Under the pieces are notes generated by a model. The model saw only the letters and a program-made list of their open reading frames with translations, made no database searches and was not told where the DNA came from. The position numbers and the translations under genes were made by a program. Below, piece after piece: positions 1 through 12,891 of a DNA stretch of 64,000 bases. Position 1 is the stretch's first letter; each line of letters opens with the position of its first letter. Source of the DNA: Eledone cirrhosa (taxonomy: Eukaryota); contig OZ024745.1 in assembly GCA_964016885.1 (NCBI GenBank), positions 131,626,001-131,690,000 of the forward strand, written 5' to 3'.

Positions 1-170
1 TGAAGTGAGTGAAAGTACAAGACTTCTCCTGGACAAGATGCCAGTCCATTGTAGGGTTAAACACCCAGCTATTGCTGTTGCTCAATTTTTTTTTTCAGCT
101 GAGTATACTGGAGCAGCATGAAATGAAGTGTTTTGCTCAAGAACACAACACACAACCCAGCCCAGGAATA
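1..170 (-). mobile_element. Partial CORE-type SINE (family B related)
   Basis: cagctgagtatactggagcagcatgaaatgaagtgttttgctcaagaacacaacac matches the central region of the SINE B copies. Confidence 0.6.
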
Positions 171-444
171 AAATAAGTACTTGTCAAGTATTGAGGGACT
201 GATCTAACTGACAATATTCTTTCTCAAAATTTGCTGCATAGTACAGACATTAGAAACTATTGAAAGGAGAAGCAAGTATTCCTCTGTCCAGTAGCTATGG
301 CAAAAGAAGCTGTATATTGGACGCATCTAAAAGGTTTGAGGGCAGTAATCTCTCTTTCCAGTTAAGCCCTCATCAACTTATTCAAGCATCACTGGAGGGG
401 GAAGGTAAGGGTATTCAGGGAGGTGCTGTCTTCTAGTGCTTATT

Positions 445-1257
445 ATTGGCAGTATGAGTAGAGGTCGGACGCCATGCTTCGACGCATATAGTTACGGCCC
501 TTGTCATTCTGAGTCCAAATCCCGCTGAGGTTAACTTTGCCTTTCATCTTTACGGGGGTTGATAAAATAAAGTACCAGTAATGCACTGGGTATTTGCTGG
601 CCTTGTGCCAAAAGAAGAAACAATTATTATTATTATATAGTGCGGTGGATTGGCAGTATCGGTAGAGTGATAGACATGCTTTGCAGCATAAAGTTACGGC
701 CCTTTACGTTCTGAGTCCAAATCTCATTGAGGTTAACTTTGCCTTTCATCCTTATGAGGTCAATAAAATAAAGTACCAGTAATGTACTGGGATTGATTTA
801 ATTGACTTTCCCTTCCTCCAAATTGCTGGCCTTGTTCTTAAATCAGAAATCATCATTAGGGCAGTGGTTCACGACATAGTGTTGTGGCCCTTTACGCTCT
901 GAGTTCAAATCCTGCCAAGGTTAGCTTTGACTTTTATCCTTACAGGGTTGATAAATTAAAGTACTAGTCATGCACTGGGGTCAATTTAATCAATTTTCCC
1001 CTCCCCTTTAAATTGTTGGCCTTGTGCTTAAATCAGAAAACATTATTATTATTGTAGTAAGGGCGGTGAACTGGCAGTATCGGTAGAGGGTTGGACGCCA
1101 TGCTTTCTAGCATGGTTACGTCCCTTTACAGTCTGAGTTCAAATCCCGCCGAGGTTAACTTTGCCTTTCATCCTTACGGGATCGATAAAATAAAGTACCA
1201 GTAATGTACTGGGTAATTGCTGGCCTTCTGCCTAAAGTAGAAACAATTATTATTATT
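445..1257 (+). mobile_element. Four head-to-tail tRNA-derived SINE family A copies (445-635, 641-858, 859-1053, 1061-1257)
   Basis: Each has an A-box-like tggcagtatcgg (degenerate in copy 3), a B-box gagttcaaatccc, the body ggttaactttgcctttcatccttacggggtcgataaaataaagtaccag and an (att)n tail. Confidence 0.85.
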
Positions 1258-1576
1258 GTAGTAGTGTTTAACAAAATGTGTAGACTTCCAGGCACAATTA
1301 TCTTGCTATATTTATTTATGCCCTTTCATGTAATATATTCAAATAAAACCATGATCAACTTTACACTTCTCAACTCTCCAGTATTGGAGGCAATTTAATC
1401 AATTGTTCCTCTCTGGAAAAGTCTGTGGCCTTATGTCAAGGTCATGTAGCAGCAGAATCAATTCCATCAACTTTATTCTTTCCTCAATAAACTCCTTGCT
1501 TTGAAATCAGCATTTTCTCTTATTATTCTTCATTATAATCCAATATTAACATATTAGTCCACATTAATCTTCCGAC

Positions 1577-1766
1577 GCGGTGGATTGGCAGTGTCTGTAG
1601 AAGGTCGGACGCCATGCTTTGATGCATAGAGTTACGGCCCTTGCCATTCTGTGTTCAAATCCCGCTGAAGTTAACTTTGCCTTTCATCCTTACGGGGTCA
1701 ATAAAATAAAGTACCAGTAATGCACTGGGTAATTGCTGGCCTTGTGCCAAAAGTAGAAACAATTAA
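1577..1766 (+). mobile_element. SINE family A copy
   Basis: Same head, body and tail as 1061-1257. Confidence 0.85.
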
Positions 1767-1899
1767 TCTTCCTTGGTGCACCATATCATTCTGCAATATT
1801 TTGGTGCACCATAGAGTGTTAAACATGAAATACTTTGCAGTATTTCTTATATTCATCATCATCATCATCACCATCAACATCTAGTATCCACGTTTTAAT

Positions 1900-2515
1900 G
1901 GGTTAGATGAGCTGTCCCATTGTGAAACGAGCTGTTCCATTTTGAGACAAGCTGCCCCATTTTGAGATAAGCTGTCCCATTGTGAGACGAGCTGTCCCAT
2001 TGTGAGATGAGCTGTCCCATTTTGAGACAAGCCGCCCCATTTTGAGATGAGCTGCCCCATTTTGAGATGAGCTGTCCCATTGTGAGACAAGCTGCCCCAT
2101 TTTGAGACAAGCTGCCCCATTTTGAGACAAGCTGTCCCATTGTGAGACGAGCTGTCCCATTGTGAGATGAGCTGTTCCATTTTGAGACAAGCTGCCCCAT
2201 TTTGAGATGAGCTGTCCCATTGTGAGACAAACTGCCCCATTTTGAGACAAGCTGTCCCATTGTGAGACGAGCTGTCCCATTGTGAGACGAGCTGTTCCAT
2301 TTTGAGACAAGCTGCCCCATTTTGAGATGAGTTGTCCCATTGTGAGACAAGCTGCCCCATTTTGAGACAAGCTGCCCCATTGTGAGATGAGCTGTTCCAT
2401 TTTGAGACAAGCTGCCCCATTTTGAGATGAGCTGTCCCATTGTGAGACAAGCTGTCCCATTGTAAGATGAGCTGTCCCATTGTGAGACGAGCTGTACCAT
2501 TGTGAGACGAGCCTG
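1900..2515. repeat. 20-bp minisatellite (gagctgtcccattgtgagac variants), about 30 units, inside a minus-strand SINE 3' part (about 1855-2612)
   Basis: Direct periodicity; flanks align with the SINE fragment at 61071-61285. Confidence 0.9.
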
Positions 2516-3022
2516 GTGAGATGACTGTGTTTTGCTCATACAGACTGGTTCTGGTTTGGTTTCTATGGCTGGACGCCCTTCTTAATGCCAACCACTACAT
2601 TGTGGACTGGCGCTCAATGTCGTGACACCAAACTGACCACTTATTAAGTTTCCAAATTTCATTAGAGGGATAGTTAAATTTATTATAACCCATTCCTTAT
2701 GAAAGAAAAAGAAAAAAAAAGAAAAAAAGTGGCCTTGTGCTTAATAAAAAAATCAATAGTTTCTGATTCTGTTCAATATTTTCTCATACTACTGTTCAAT
2801 GTTAGCCTAGTTTACCAGTTATAGTAACCCACACAAACACATCTGTCTCTATGTCTATCTATATATACACATACATACATATATATATACATACATACAT
2901 ACATATATATACATTCGTATGTGTGTGTATGTATATATATATATATATATATACATACACATATAAACATATAGATAAATAATGCATAACACACATATGA
3001 TGATAATGACATATATATATAC

Positions 3023-3086
<64 letters not shown>

Positions 3087-3754
3087 CTTCTATTATGTTT
3101 CTCCTGTTTTGGCAGCTCACTTGAAACAATTGTAATTACTATAAAAATTTCTATACCATCAGATGCAATGTTATTAAAATGGAATCAACAAGGAAGAATC
3201 AAACAAATGTGTTTTTTCCTTTTTACTATTTTAATACTTTCCAACATCAATATTGAATGGTTTGATAAAGGCCACTATGATAAAACAGAGATAGGATATG
3301 TTTGGATTGATACACCAAAATAGCAGCAATGCTAACTGCTTCTCTAGACCTAAACCTTGTGTAGAGTTGTTATATATATTAAAACAATAACTTGATAGAA
3401 ATATAAGGAATTGTAGCTGCCAGTTATTTAATACTTCCTTTTTAATAAAAAAGATTTTTAATGAAATTACTGAGCTGCATTTTTCCATAGTATCTATTTA
3501 CAGCTGAACCAGTGCCCTAAACCTCAGGGATATTGGTATGTAGGTAGGGTTAAGTAGGGTATGATCAATCAACAAAGGGGTCTTGGCACACAAAAAGGGT
3601 TCAGCTGTTTATTGCTATCCCCTGTCAAATATTCTAAATTAACACTTGTTTTTGTTTTTGCTTATATTTGCTAGCAGAGGAAGTGGATGTTAAAACAACA
3701 ATGTTAGGATGGAAGGGGTAGTCGTTATAACTTTTACAGATCCTCTTTAGGCTG

Positions 3755-4665
3755 GTGATATTAGTCCAGTTGAAGGGGATATTGACCTATCTGATGGTGA
3801 TATTAGCCCAATTAATGGGGATATTAGCCCAGTTGATGAGGATATTAGCCCAGTTGATGGGGATATTGACCTATCTGATGGTGATATTAGCCCAATTAAT
3901 GGGGATATTAGCCCAGTTGATGATGATATTAACCTATTATTAACCCAGTTGAAGGTGATATTAACATATCTGATAGTGATATTAGCCCAGTTGATGGTGA
4001 CATTAACCCATTACTAATCCAGTTGATGGTGACATTAACCCATTATTAACCCAGTTGATGTGACATTCACCCATTATTAACCCAGTTAATGGTGACATTA
4101 ACCCAGTTGATGGTGATATTAACCCATTATTAACCCAGTTGATGGTGACATTAACCCATTATTAACCCAGTTGATGGTGACATTAACCCATTATTAACCC
4201 AGTTGATGGTGACATTAACCCATTATTAACCCAGTTGATGGTGACATTAACCCATTATTAACCCAGTTGATGGTGACATTAACCCATTATTAACCCAGTT
4301 GATGGTGACATTAACCCATTATTAACCCAGTTGATGGTGACATTAACCCATTATTAACCCAGTTGATGGCGACATTAACCCATTATTAACCCAGTTGATG
4401 GTGACATTAACCCATTATTAACCCAGTTGATGGTGACATTAACCCATTATTAACCCAGTTGATGGTGACATTAACCCATTATTAACCCAGTTGATGGTGA
4501 CATTAACCCACTATTAACCCAGTTGATGGCGACATTAACCCATTATTAACCCAGTTGATGGTGACATTAACCCATTATTAACCCAGTTGATGGTGACATT
4601 AACCCATTATTAACCCAGTTGATGGTGACATTAACCCATTATTAACCCAGTTGATGGTGATATTA
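3755..4665. repeat. Minisatellite; 21-bp units grading into 32-bp units (gatggtgacattaacccattattaacccagtt)
   Basis: Period 32 at 4141/4173; shorter related units upstream. Confidence 0.9.
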
Positions 4666-4900
4666 ATTAATGTCCTGTGTAGCTAGAATATTTGAAGATT
4701 GGCCTCTCAGAAATAATATCAGCAAAGAAGGAATTCCAAAGAATGGCTGCTCTAGAAAGGAAGGATTGGACATAATGGTTTGGTTAGTAGATGGTAGATG
4801 AGATAGAATGGAGTGAAAACTGGTGAATCTGGGTAGAGCGGTAATAGAGTTAGTCAAGAGGAGTAGATGTTGATATTTTAGGTTGTATTATGTTCTATAT

Positions 4901-5015
4901 GGTGGTGGAATGACTGAATTGGTAGAGTGTTGCACAACATGCTTTGTAGCAGAGAGTTATGGCCCTTTATATTGTGTTTAAACCCCGCCAAGGTTAGCTT
5001 TGCCTTTCCTCCTTA
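4901..5015 (+). mobile_element. Truncated SINE family A, followed by a 50-bp x3 tandem (5016-5165)
   Basis: aaccccgccaaggttagctttgcctttcctcctt; ggacataca at 5016 and 5066. Confidence 0.65.
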
Positions 5016-6997
5016 GGACATACAGTGGTATATCATCCTGGTATTTATAGTATCATGGAATATTAGGACATACACTGGTATATCATCCTGGTATTTATAG
5101 TATCATGGAATATTACGACATACCTTGGTATATCATCCTGGTATTTATAGTATCATGAAATATTAAGTGCTTTTATTTTTTTTCTGGGGTTAATAATTTT
5201 GATGGTAAATATAAACTGTTGACCCTTCAGCTGGTAGCCTGGGACTCTGCTATGTTAGAAAGCTTTCAATGACCACAAACATATATCTTAATAAGACAAA
5301 ATGTAAAAAGTACTCCTCAATCACAAAATAAAAATATTAAAATATATTGAAAACCTACTAATAATAATTAAAAAAATGTAAAATAAAATGTATAGTAGTT
5401 TGCTTGAAGGTATTGTGGAATAGGGGAAACAAATAGGAATAAGGTTAGTTGGTTATTTGGAAACCCAACAATGTGTGTTTGGTAAAAATGTTAAGGTAAG
5501 AAGACAGTAGAAGATAAAAGACAGTGAAGTAAAGGAGGGAGGACGATAGAAAGTTACCTATCCATTATTGAGGGGAGTCTGTAGAGTAGAGGGACCTCAG
5601 AGAGAAACCTGAGAAATGCTGTGGGTGACTGTTTGATATATTTTTGAGAAATAATCATTAAGTCCAAAGGTGTCTATTTAAAGCAATGTCTTTTTCTCTT
5701 TTTCTTTCTAAAACAGAGTAAAGAATCTGTTATGGTTCTGTCATTTATTGACATGTTGCAATTCATATAATTCTTGCAATGTTATTCTCCTTTTGTATAA
5801 AAACACACTTAGTACATTTGTGAGTGTAAATAAGCTGCCAAATGTTGAATTGATGCTTCAATAGAGAGGCAGGAATTAGAAGAATAAAAGACATGTTTGG
5901 AAGCAAAGAAATTCTAAGAGTGGAAGAAAATATTAATATGAATGAAATAAAAAAAAAAGAAGAAAAAAGAAAACAGAAAAAAGCCAGCAATAATCAAAGA
6001 AGTTTTATTAAAAATGAACAGCTTTTAAAACAGTTTGAGCTGAAACTGTTTTTCAGATTTGAATAGATTCAGAGAATAGTAAATATAAACAGGGTTCATT
6101 TTCCTTTTGGATTTCTAAAGCGCTAGGGAGTTGGAGCAAAGCAATCTAAATAGTTTATTGAAAACATTACAGTCAAGAGAGCACCTTCATTTGTTTGGCG
6201 TTTTTTTCTAATGGCAAACTGATGGTTTGAAAAGATCCTAAGAAAGACTAACCATTACTCTAGGAAGGTTTATTGATTTTTATGTTCATCGTCTTAAACA
6301 CTGCCATTGCTGTAGCTATCTCTAACTCTACCAGCTAACCCCCTCTCCAACATTATCTACAACAGTATCTGCAGCCATATTTACCATAGTTCTGGAAATT
6401 ATTTACCATAGAAGCTAGTAGCAAGATAATTTAGCAATTTTCTCGGACACTGGACAGCTGCCCCCCCCCCCCCAAGTGGGGTGGCTGTTGCAGCAGGTGT
6501 CATTGGCCATTGTCCACCAAAATGCCTTTCTCATTTTGTTCATGGTGCACAGCTGAAACACCGTTCTGACCTAGGTGTAGAGTCTGTAACTCTCTCTTCT
6601 TCCCCCTTTCTTGCTTCCTTTATCTAGTAGTCCCTGCCCCACCTCTTTTCCTCTCATTTACGGCATTTATATATTCCTCTCCAAAGCTGTTTTCTTTTTC
6701 TGTATATTTAGCAAAATCACTTTCTTTCAGCATCATCATCACCATTTTTAACCTCCATTTACAATCGAGTACGACTTAGTAGTATGTACAATACTTTTGC
6801 TAAGGGCTTTCAATGCCTACACAGTGATAGACACCTTAGTGGCTCTCTCTCCCCTTACTTATTAAGTGGAACATCCCGGATGTGACAGTTGAAAGAAAAA
6901 AGGGCAGTTGTTTTGATATATATATATATAGGTTATCAAACAACAGGAAAGCTCTTGTCATCTAATGTTTCCTTGCTGCATCAAAAACATATATTCA

Positions 6998-7125
6998 TCA
7001 TCATCCTCCTTTGACTCCTCTGTGGTCAGTCAGAACTCTCTTGACAATCCCTTTCCACGCTGTTCGGTCCTGCATTGCTGCCCCAGATCCCTTATATCCA
7101 ACCCTGAGTCCTGAGCTATGGTGTC
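6998..7125 (-). mobile_element. RTE-like LINE 3' end
   Basis: AAMQDRTAWKGIVKRV..* followed by a (gat)n tail on the minus strand. Confidence 0.55.
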
Positions 7126-7186
7126 GGGGAAAGTCAGTTTTCGTGAATAGACACATCCAGAGGAATGCCACAGAAGGAGAGATGAA

Positions 7187-7482
7187 ATGATTTCTTGGCA
7201 CTCAAATTTATTGTCCTCCTTAAATGTCCAAATCTTTCGAACATTGATTGAACCAGTACTACTCTATGGATCAGAAACATGGACCTTATCAGTTAGTCTT
7301 GAAAGACGGCCGGATGGAGCATCTACAAATCTGCTCAGAAGAATCAAAAACATAAGCTGGAGATCACACGCAACACTTGAAACCATCTACAGAGATTTGA
7401 TTCCAATATCCCTCAGACTCAAACAAAAAAGACTACAGTTTGCTGGTCACTGTCATCGAGCTGACAAAGAAATCATTTCAAA
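7187..7482 (+). pseudogene. RTE-clade LINE reverse transcriptase C-terminal fragment
   Basis: IFRTLIEPVLLYGSETWTL...LLRRIKNISW...RLKQKRLQFAGHCHR. Confidence 0.9.
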
Positions 7483-7502
7483 ACATATATACACTTATAC
7501 GT

Positions 7503-7970
7503 GATCTTTATGCAGACGACTGTTACCTTGTTAGCCACTTGGGAGAAGACATTCAACTTTAGATAAACTGTTTCTAGGCAGCACATGATAAGTTTAGGTT
7601 GATAATCAGTTTGAAAAAGACAGTGGTGATGTACTCAGGGAGTCATATATGGTGATGTACCAGCATGCACGCAGGGAGTCATATATTTCACCATCCATCA
7701 AAGTGAAAATAGTGAAGGTTGTGAATAAGTTCATCTCTCCAGAACCAGCAGCCATGATGAAAAGGTCCGCTATTGGTTGTCTAAAGCTACTGATGCTTTT
7801 ATTAAGCTGGAGAAATGCCTGTGGTCACAGATATCAGTGTGAGTATGTATGTTTATAGCCTTGCTGTATGGATGTGAGACATGGTCAACATACCGTCAGC
7901 ATAACCAGGGCCTTAAACGTTTCCCCCAACAATGCTTGCACTCCATACTCATGATCCCATGGAGGGCTTA
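7503..7970 (+). pseudogene. Second, decayed RTE (BovB-like) RT fragment
   Basis: tatgcagacgactgt = YADDC; ISLKKTVVMY; LLYGCETWSTYRQH...QQCLHSILMIPW with frameshifts. Confidence 0.8.
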
Positions 7971-8065
7971 TGATCATGAAACAATATCTCCACTGGTTTA
8001 ATGAGCTATCTATGGCGGCATCAATGACAGCAACAGCAATAACACATTTTTGCCAATGTATACCA

Positions 8066-8357
8066 AACCAACGCAGGAGAAGAGATGACTGTTTTGGTTT
8101 GGAAATGTGATGCGCATGGACAATGATTGTTAGGTGAAGAAGTACCAGGAAATGTCAGTGGAAGGAAGCTGTGGTTGAGGTAGACCAAGGAAGACCTGGG
8201 AAGAGGTTGTGAGAGCTGACCTTAAATCACTGAGACTCACAGAGGCGATGACTAAGGATTGCGATGTTTGGAGAGATGTGCTGAGAAGGACTTGTACAAC
8301 CCATGCAAGTATGGAAAAGCGGATGTAAAAACGATGATGATGATGATTATGATGATG
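8066..8357 (+). mobile_element. RTE LINE 3' end with (gat)n tail
   Basis: WFGNVMRMD...GRPRKTWEEVVRADL; diverged relative of 52411-52823. Confidence 0.85.
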
Positions 8358-8409
8358 GTATTTTTTGGGGTCTAAAAAGTAGTCATACTTGAACATGAGT
8401 TGGCTTCCA

Positions 8410-8990
8410 CTATGTATGTATGTGTGTATGTACGTATGTATTTTATGCATATGTATGTTATATATGTATTTTATGCATTTGTATGTATTTTATATATGTA
8501 TTTTATGCATATGTATGTATGTTATATATGTATTTTATGCATTTGTATGTATTTTATATATGTATTTTATGTATATGTATGTATGTTATATATGTATTTT
8601 ATGTATATGTATGTCTGTACATATGTTTGTATGTAAATATACATATGTACACATACATATACAAATTCAATTGTTTGTTACATTTTAATTAGATACTTTT
8701 AAATTAGAAAATTAAACTTTCATTAGTATTTTGTAGTTTATTTTGTAATTTAAATATTTACATATGTGTGTGAGTGTATGAGTTTGTGCGTGTGTGTTAG
8801 TGTAGGAGTGTGTGTGAGTGTGAATGGGTGTGTGTGTTTGTGTGTATGAGAGAGTGTTTGTGTGTATGAGAGCATGTGTGTGTGTATGTATTATGATTGT
8901 ATGTATTATGTTTGTGTGTGTATGAGAGTGTGTGTGTGAGAGTGTGTGTGTGTGTGTATGTATTATGGAGTGTCTGTGTTGGTGTAGAAT
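8410..8990. repeat. Compound (TATG)/(TG) microsatellite region
   Basis: Low-complexity repeats. Confidence 0.85.
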
Positions 8991-9134
8991 TGAAATAAGA
9001 TTAAGAGAATTGGATGAAAAATATGATGGCAGTGCAGAAGTTCTGTTTGAACATATTGACACAAAACTATTTGGTTTGCAGAACTTGGAACTGTGGGAAT
9101 TGTTTAACATTTAATTAACTGTGTGACCAAGCAG

Positions 9135-9405
9135 AAGTATAAATATGAAAAGAAGGGTAGAGATCACAGCTCCGATACTATGGGAATGTGGTTAGAATGT
9201 CTTAGGAAAGACTCACTGGATAAAACCAACCAACAGGAGACCCAGGGGTAGACCCCAAGCAAGATGATTGGATAACATCCATGAACTTGGCTGGTCTCGC
9301 CCGGGGGATTCAGCAGGATCAGTTGGAGATAGTTATTTTTGACAGGACCCGCTGGAAGGAGTGTTTGAGGAGTCAGTCTCCACGACCCTCTCAGGAATAA
9401 GTGAA
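9135..9405 (+). mobile_element. RTE-like LINE 3' coding relic
   Basis: PTNRRPRGRPQAR*LDNIHELGWSR...DRTRWKECLRS. Confidence 0.65.
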
Positions 9406-10052
9406 AAAAGAAGGGTAGCGTAAATTAAGAAATACATTCCCAGGAGTGTAGTGATGGTGGTGGTGTGGTGTGGATACGGGATGTCATTTTCAAACCTCTA
9501 GTATCAGAAAAAAGAAAATTATAAACTAAATGAAACAAAATATTTTAATTAAAAAAATAAGAGCAATGATGATGGTGACCATCACTACTACCATTAATAA
9601 CAGTTTTATCAGCACTATATAATCATTTGACCTGTTAGAAATAGCAGCAAAAAACCCACAAATCACACCATATCACCTTAGAAATAGTAAGGGCACATTA
9701 GACAATGTAGAACTATGATATACAAAAAGATGAGATACTCACAGCCAAAATGTTTTTTATCATGATTCTGCTCAATGCTCAATAAGAGTTCACCTAAGGC
9801 TAAACAATAACAACAACAACAACCACAATGCTATATATCAATAAGAAAGTGTATGTGGTTGTTAAACTTGCTAGAAACAGCAGCTAAATCTCCCTAAACT
9901 CACATCCAAAAGAGATGTCTCTATCAGTGAGGGCTAACCACATATCTGAACTTGTAAAGTTCTTTTCTAGGGATTGGGCTACGACAAGGTTTTATTATGG
10001 AAGACCAGCTGCTGTCCATGTTTCAAATTTCCTCCTCTCTATACTATTGAAA

Positions 10053-10320
10053 GTATGTGGCTTAGTGGTTAGAGCATTGAGCTTACAACCGTAAGGTTGT
10101 GAGTTCGAATGCTAGACCATGTTGTGTGTTGTGTTCTTCAGCAAAACACTGCTTTTCTTCCACAAACACACCTTGCCCAGGTTTGTGCCTTGGAGGGGAA
10201 CTTTCTAGGTACAAAACTCTGGTCATCCATGACCTAAGGGAGCCTATGATCTTATTGATGTTCAATGGTTGATACAGTTTTGTACCAGTGTTGTAGTAAA
10301 CAGAAACACAATTGAACTGG
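10053..10320 (+). mobile_element. Diverged tRNA-headed SINE (family B related)
   Basis: tggcttagtggttagagc A-box, gagttcgaatgc B-box, then ttcttcagcaaaacact. Confidence 0.7.
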
Positions 10321-10370
10321 AACAAATGCTGGCCTTTTGACTCATACCCTAATCCTGCTTATTCATTGCC

Positions 10371-10629
10371 TTAACCCTTTAACATTTACATTACTCTATA
10401 TATATACTATTATATTTTTGCAGTAAAGGCTTTACCTCACATAATATCTCACATACATTGAATCTATGAGATTTTGATGTTATTTATTTTGAGAACAATA
10501 CCTTAATGTAAGTATGAGCAGCCGGTTACAGCTCGTTTGAACAGGTGAGAGAATTCTGGCCCGATACAGCTCGTTTGAACAGGTGAGAGAATTCTGGCCC
10601 GATACAGCCGGTTTAAATGCTAAAGGTTA
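10371..10629. mobile_element. piggyBac-like MITE with an internal 39-bp duplication
   Basis: TTAA-ccctttaacattta ... taaatgctaaagg-TTAA imperfect terminal inverted repeats. Confidence 0.5.
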
Positions 10630-10864
10630 AATCACAGTTTAAATTCTTTAAAAATAGCTGAAATACAGATTCTGAAGATCTAGATACTCTATGGCTACAA
10701 AAAGACAATGGCTTCTAGTTAAAGACTTTCTACCTTAAGTCTGTTGGATCAGGGCTAAACTAAGGCTAATTCTCCTTGACAACAGCAGAAACAGCAAAAC
10801 ACTACAAACAACTAGTACATAACATTTGGAATCAATATTGGGTTATTATTAGTTTATCAGCAAA

Positions 10865-11366
10865 AACACCATTACACCACTACTGCTGACACCATTACAA
10901 CAACAACAACCACAACCACAACAACACCATTACACCACTACTGCTGACACCATTACAACAACAACTACAACAATAATTCAACTATGGAAATGACATTTAC
11001 AACAACAAAACATACCAACAAATATCAGAAACAACAACAAAAGCAACTAAAATTCCACCAATGATAGCAATAGTGACAGCAAGGAAGAGATATAATAAAC
11101 AACACTGACAACAACAGCAACAACAAGAACAACACCAACAGCAACAACAAAAACGGCAACAGCACTAACAGCAGCAGTAACAACAGCAACAACAGCAGTA
11201 AGACCACCACCAACAACAACAGCAACAACAGCAATAACAGCAGTAAAACCACCACCACCACCACCAACAACAACAACAGCAACAACAGCAGTAACACCAC
11301 CACCACCACCAACAACAACAGCAGTAACACCACCACCAACAACAACAACAGCAACTACAACAACAA
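10865..11366. repeat. (CAA/CAG/CAC)n trinucleotide-rich tract
   Basis: Low complexity. Confidence 0.85.
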
Positions 11367-12214
11367 TTGGAAATTCTTTTAAAGGAAATTTTAATTTTTT
11401 ATTAATTAATTAAATATTTTTCCCTGTTTGCCAGTTTATGAAGGAAGCAAGGAACTGTAAACAGGTAGAACACCATTGCTCAACCAGAGATACTGAACCA
11501 AGGTAGATGTAGCATCAACATGGTGGAGTTTCTCCTGATTTCTTAATTTTGATCTTAATTTACATGAAACTGAAACTCCCACCCCCACATTTCAAGTATT
11601 AACAATTGTTTCATTGATCAGGTGAGTCTAAAGGCCGCTAATCACTCCAAGTTGCGTCGACCTTAAATACAGTGTTTACCTCTGATCAAATCATCAGAAT
11701 ACTAAAGATTTCACATATGGCCATGGTATATATAGATATAATGTTGTGTCAAACAAAGCCGTACGTTAAAACTATCCACAATACAGACTACTCACAACCT
11801 CTGGAGATAATTGCATTTTGTTAGAGCTCGAGCAATAACAAACCGCTGCTTTTTGTTGTGTTACCAACACTATACAGAGTGCACTGGGTGCTTTTTATCA
11901 TGACACCTATACAAGGATGGTGATGATAATATTGTAGGAAACCTGATGAGATAATTATATTAGCACAGATGAGAATGAAAGTAGGGTGTGATTTGAGAGG
12001 ATTTGGTTGCTATTTCTTGCAACCATACACCAGTATTGGCTTTGATGGTGATGGTGGTGATGATGGTGGTGATGGTGGTGATTGATCTATTCCAAGCTTA
12101 CTCATCTGTCAATTTCCCCCATTTTCAAAAAGATCAGAATCTAAAAGGGATGAAATGTAACAGAAAACATTTCACAGGAATAATTATTTTCATGAACCTC
12201 CCCACCCCCTTCCT

Positions 12215-12890
12215 GTGCTGCTGCATGTGTATGACTGCTGCTGCATGTGTATGACTGTGCTGTTGCATGTGTATGACAGTGCTGTTGCATGTGTATGACA
12301 GTGCTGCTGCATGTGTATGGCTGTGCTGCTGCATATGCATGACTGTGCTGCTGCATGTGCATGCCTGTGCTTCTGCATGTGTATGACAGTGCTGCTGCAT
12401 GTGTATGACTGTGCTGCAGTATGTGCATGCCTGTGCTTCTGCATGTGTATGACAGTGCTGCTGCATGTGTATGACAGTGCTGCTGCATGTGCATGACTGT
12501 GCTGCTGCATGTGTTTGACTGTGATGCTGCATGTGTATGACTGTGCTGCTGCATGTGTATGACTGTGCTGCAGTATGTGCATGCCTGTGCTTCTGCATGT
12601 GTATGACAGTGCTGCTGCATGTGTATGACAGTGCTGCTGCATGTGCATGACTGTGCTGCTGCATGTGTTTGACTGTGATGCTGCATGTGTATGACTGTGC
12701 TGCTGCATGTGTATGACTGTGCTGCAGTATGTGCATGACTGTGCTGCTGCATGTGCATGACTGTGCTGCTGCATGTGCATGACTGTGCTGCTGCATGTGC
12801 ATGCCTGTGTATGACAGTGCTGCTGCATGTGCATGACTGTGCTGCTGCATGTGCATGACTGTGCTGCTGTATATACACATGTTGCTGTAT
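12215..12890. repeat. 22-bp minisatellite gtgctgctgcatgtgtatgact
   Basis: Direct periodicity. Confidence 0.92.
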
Positions 12891-12891
12891 A

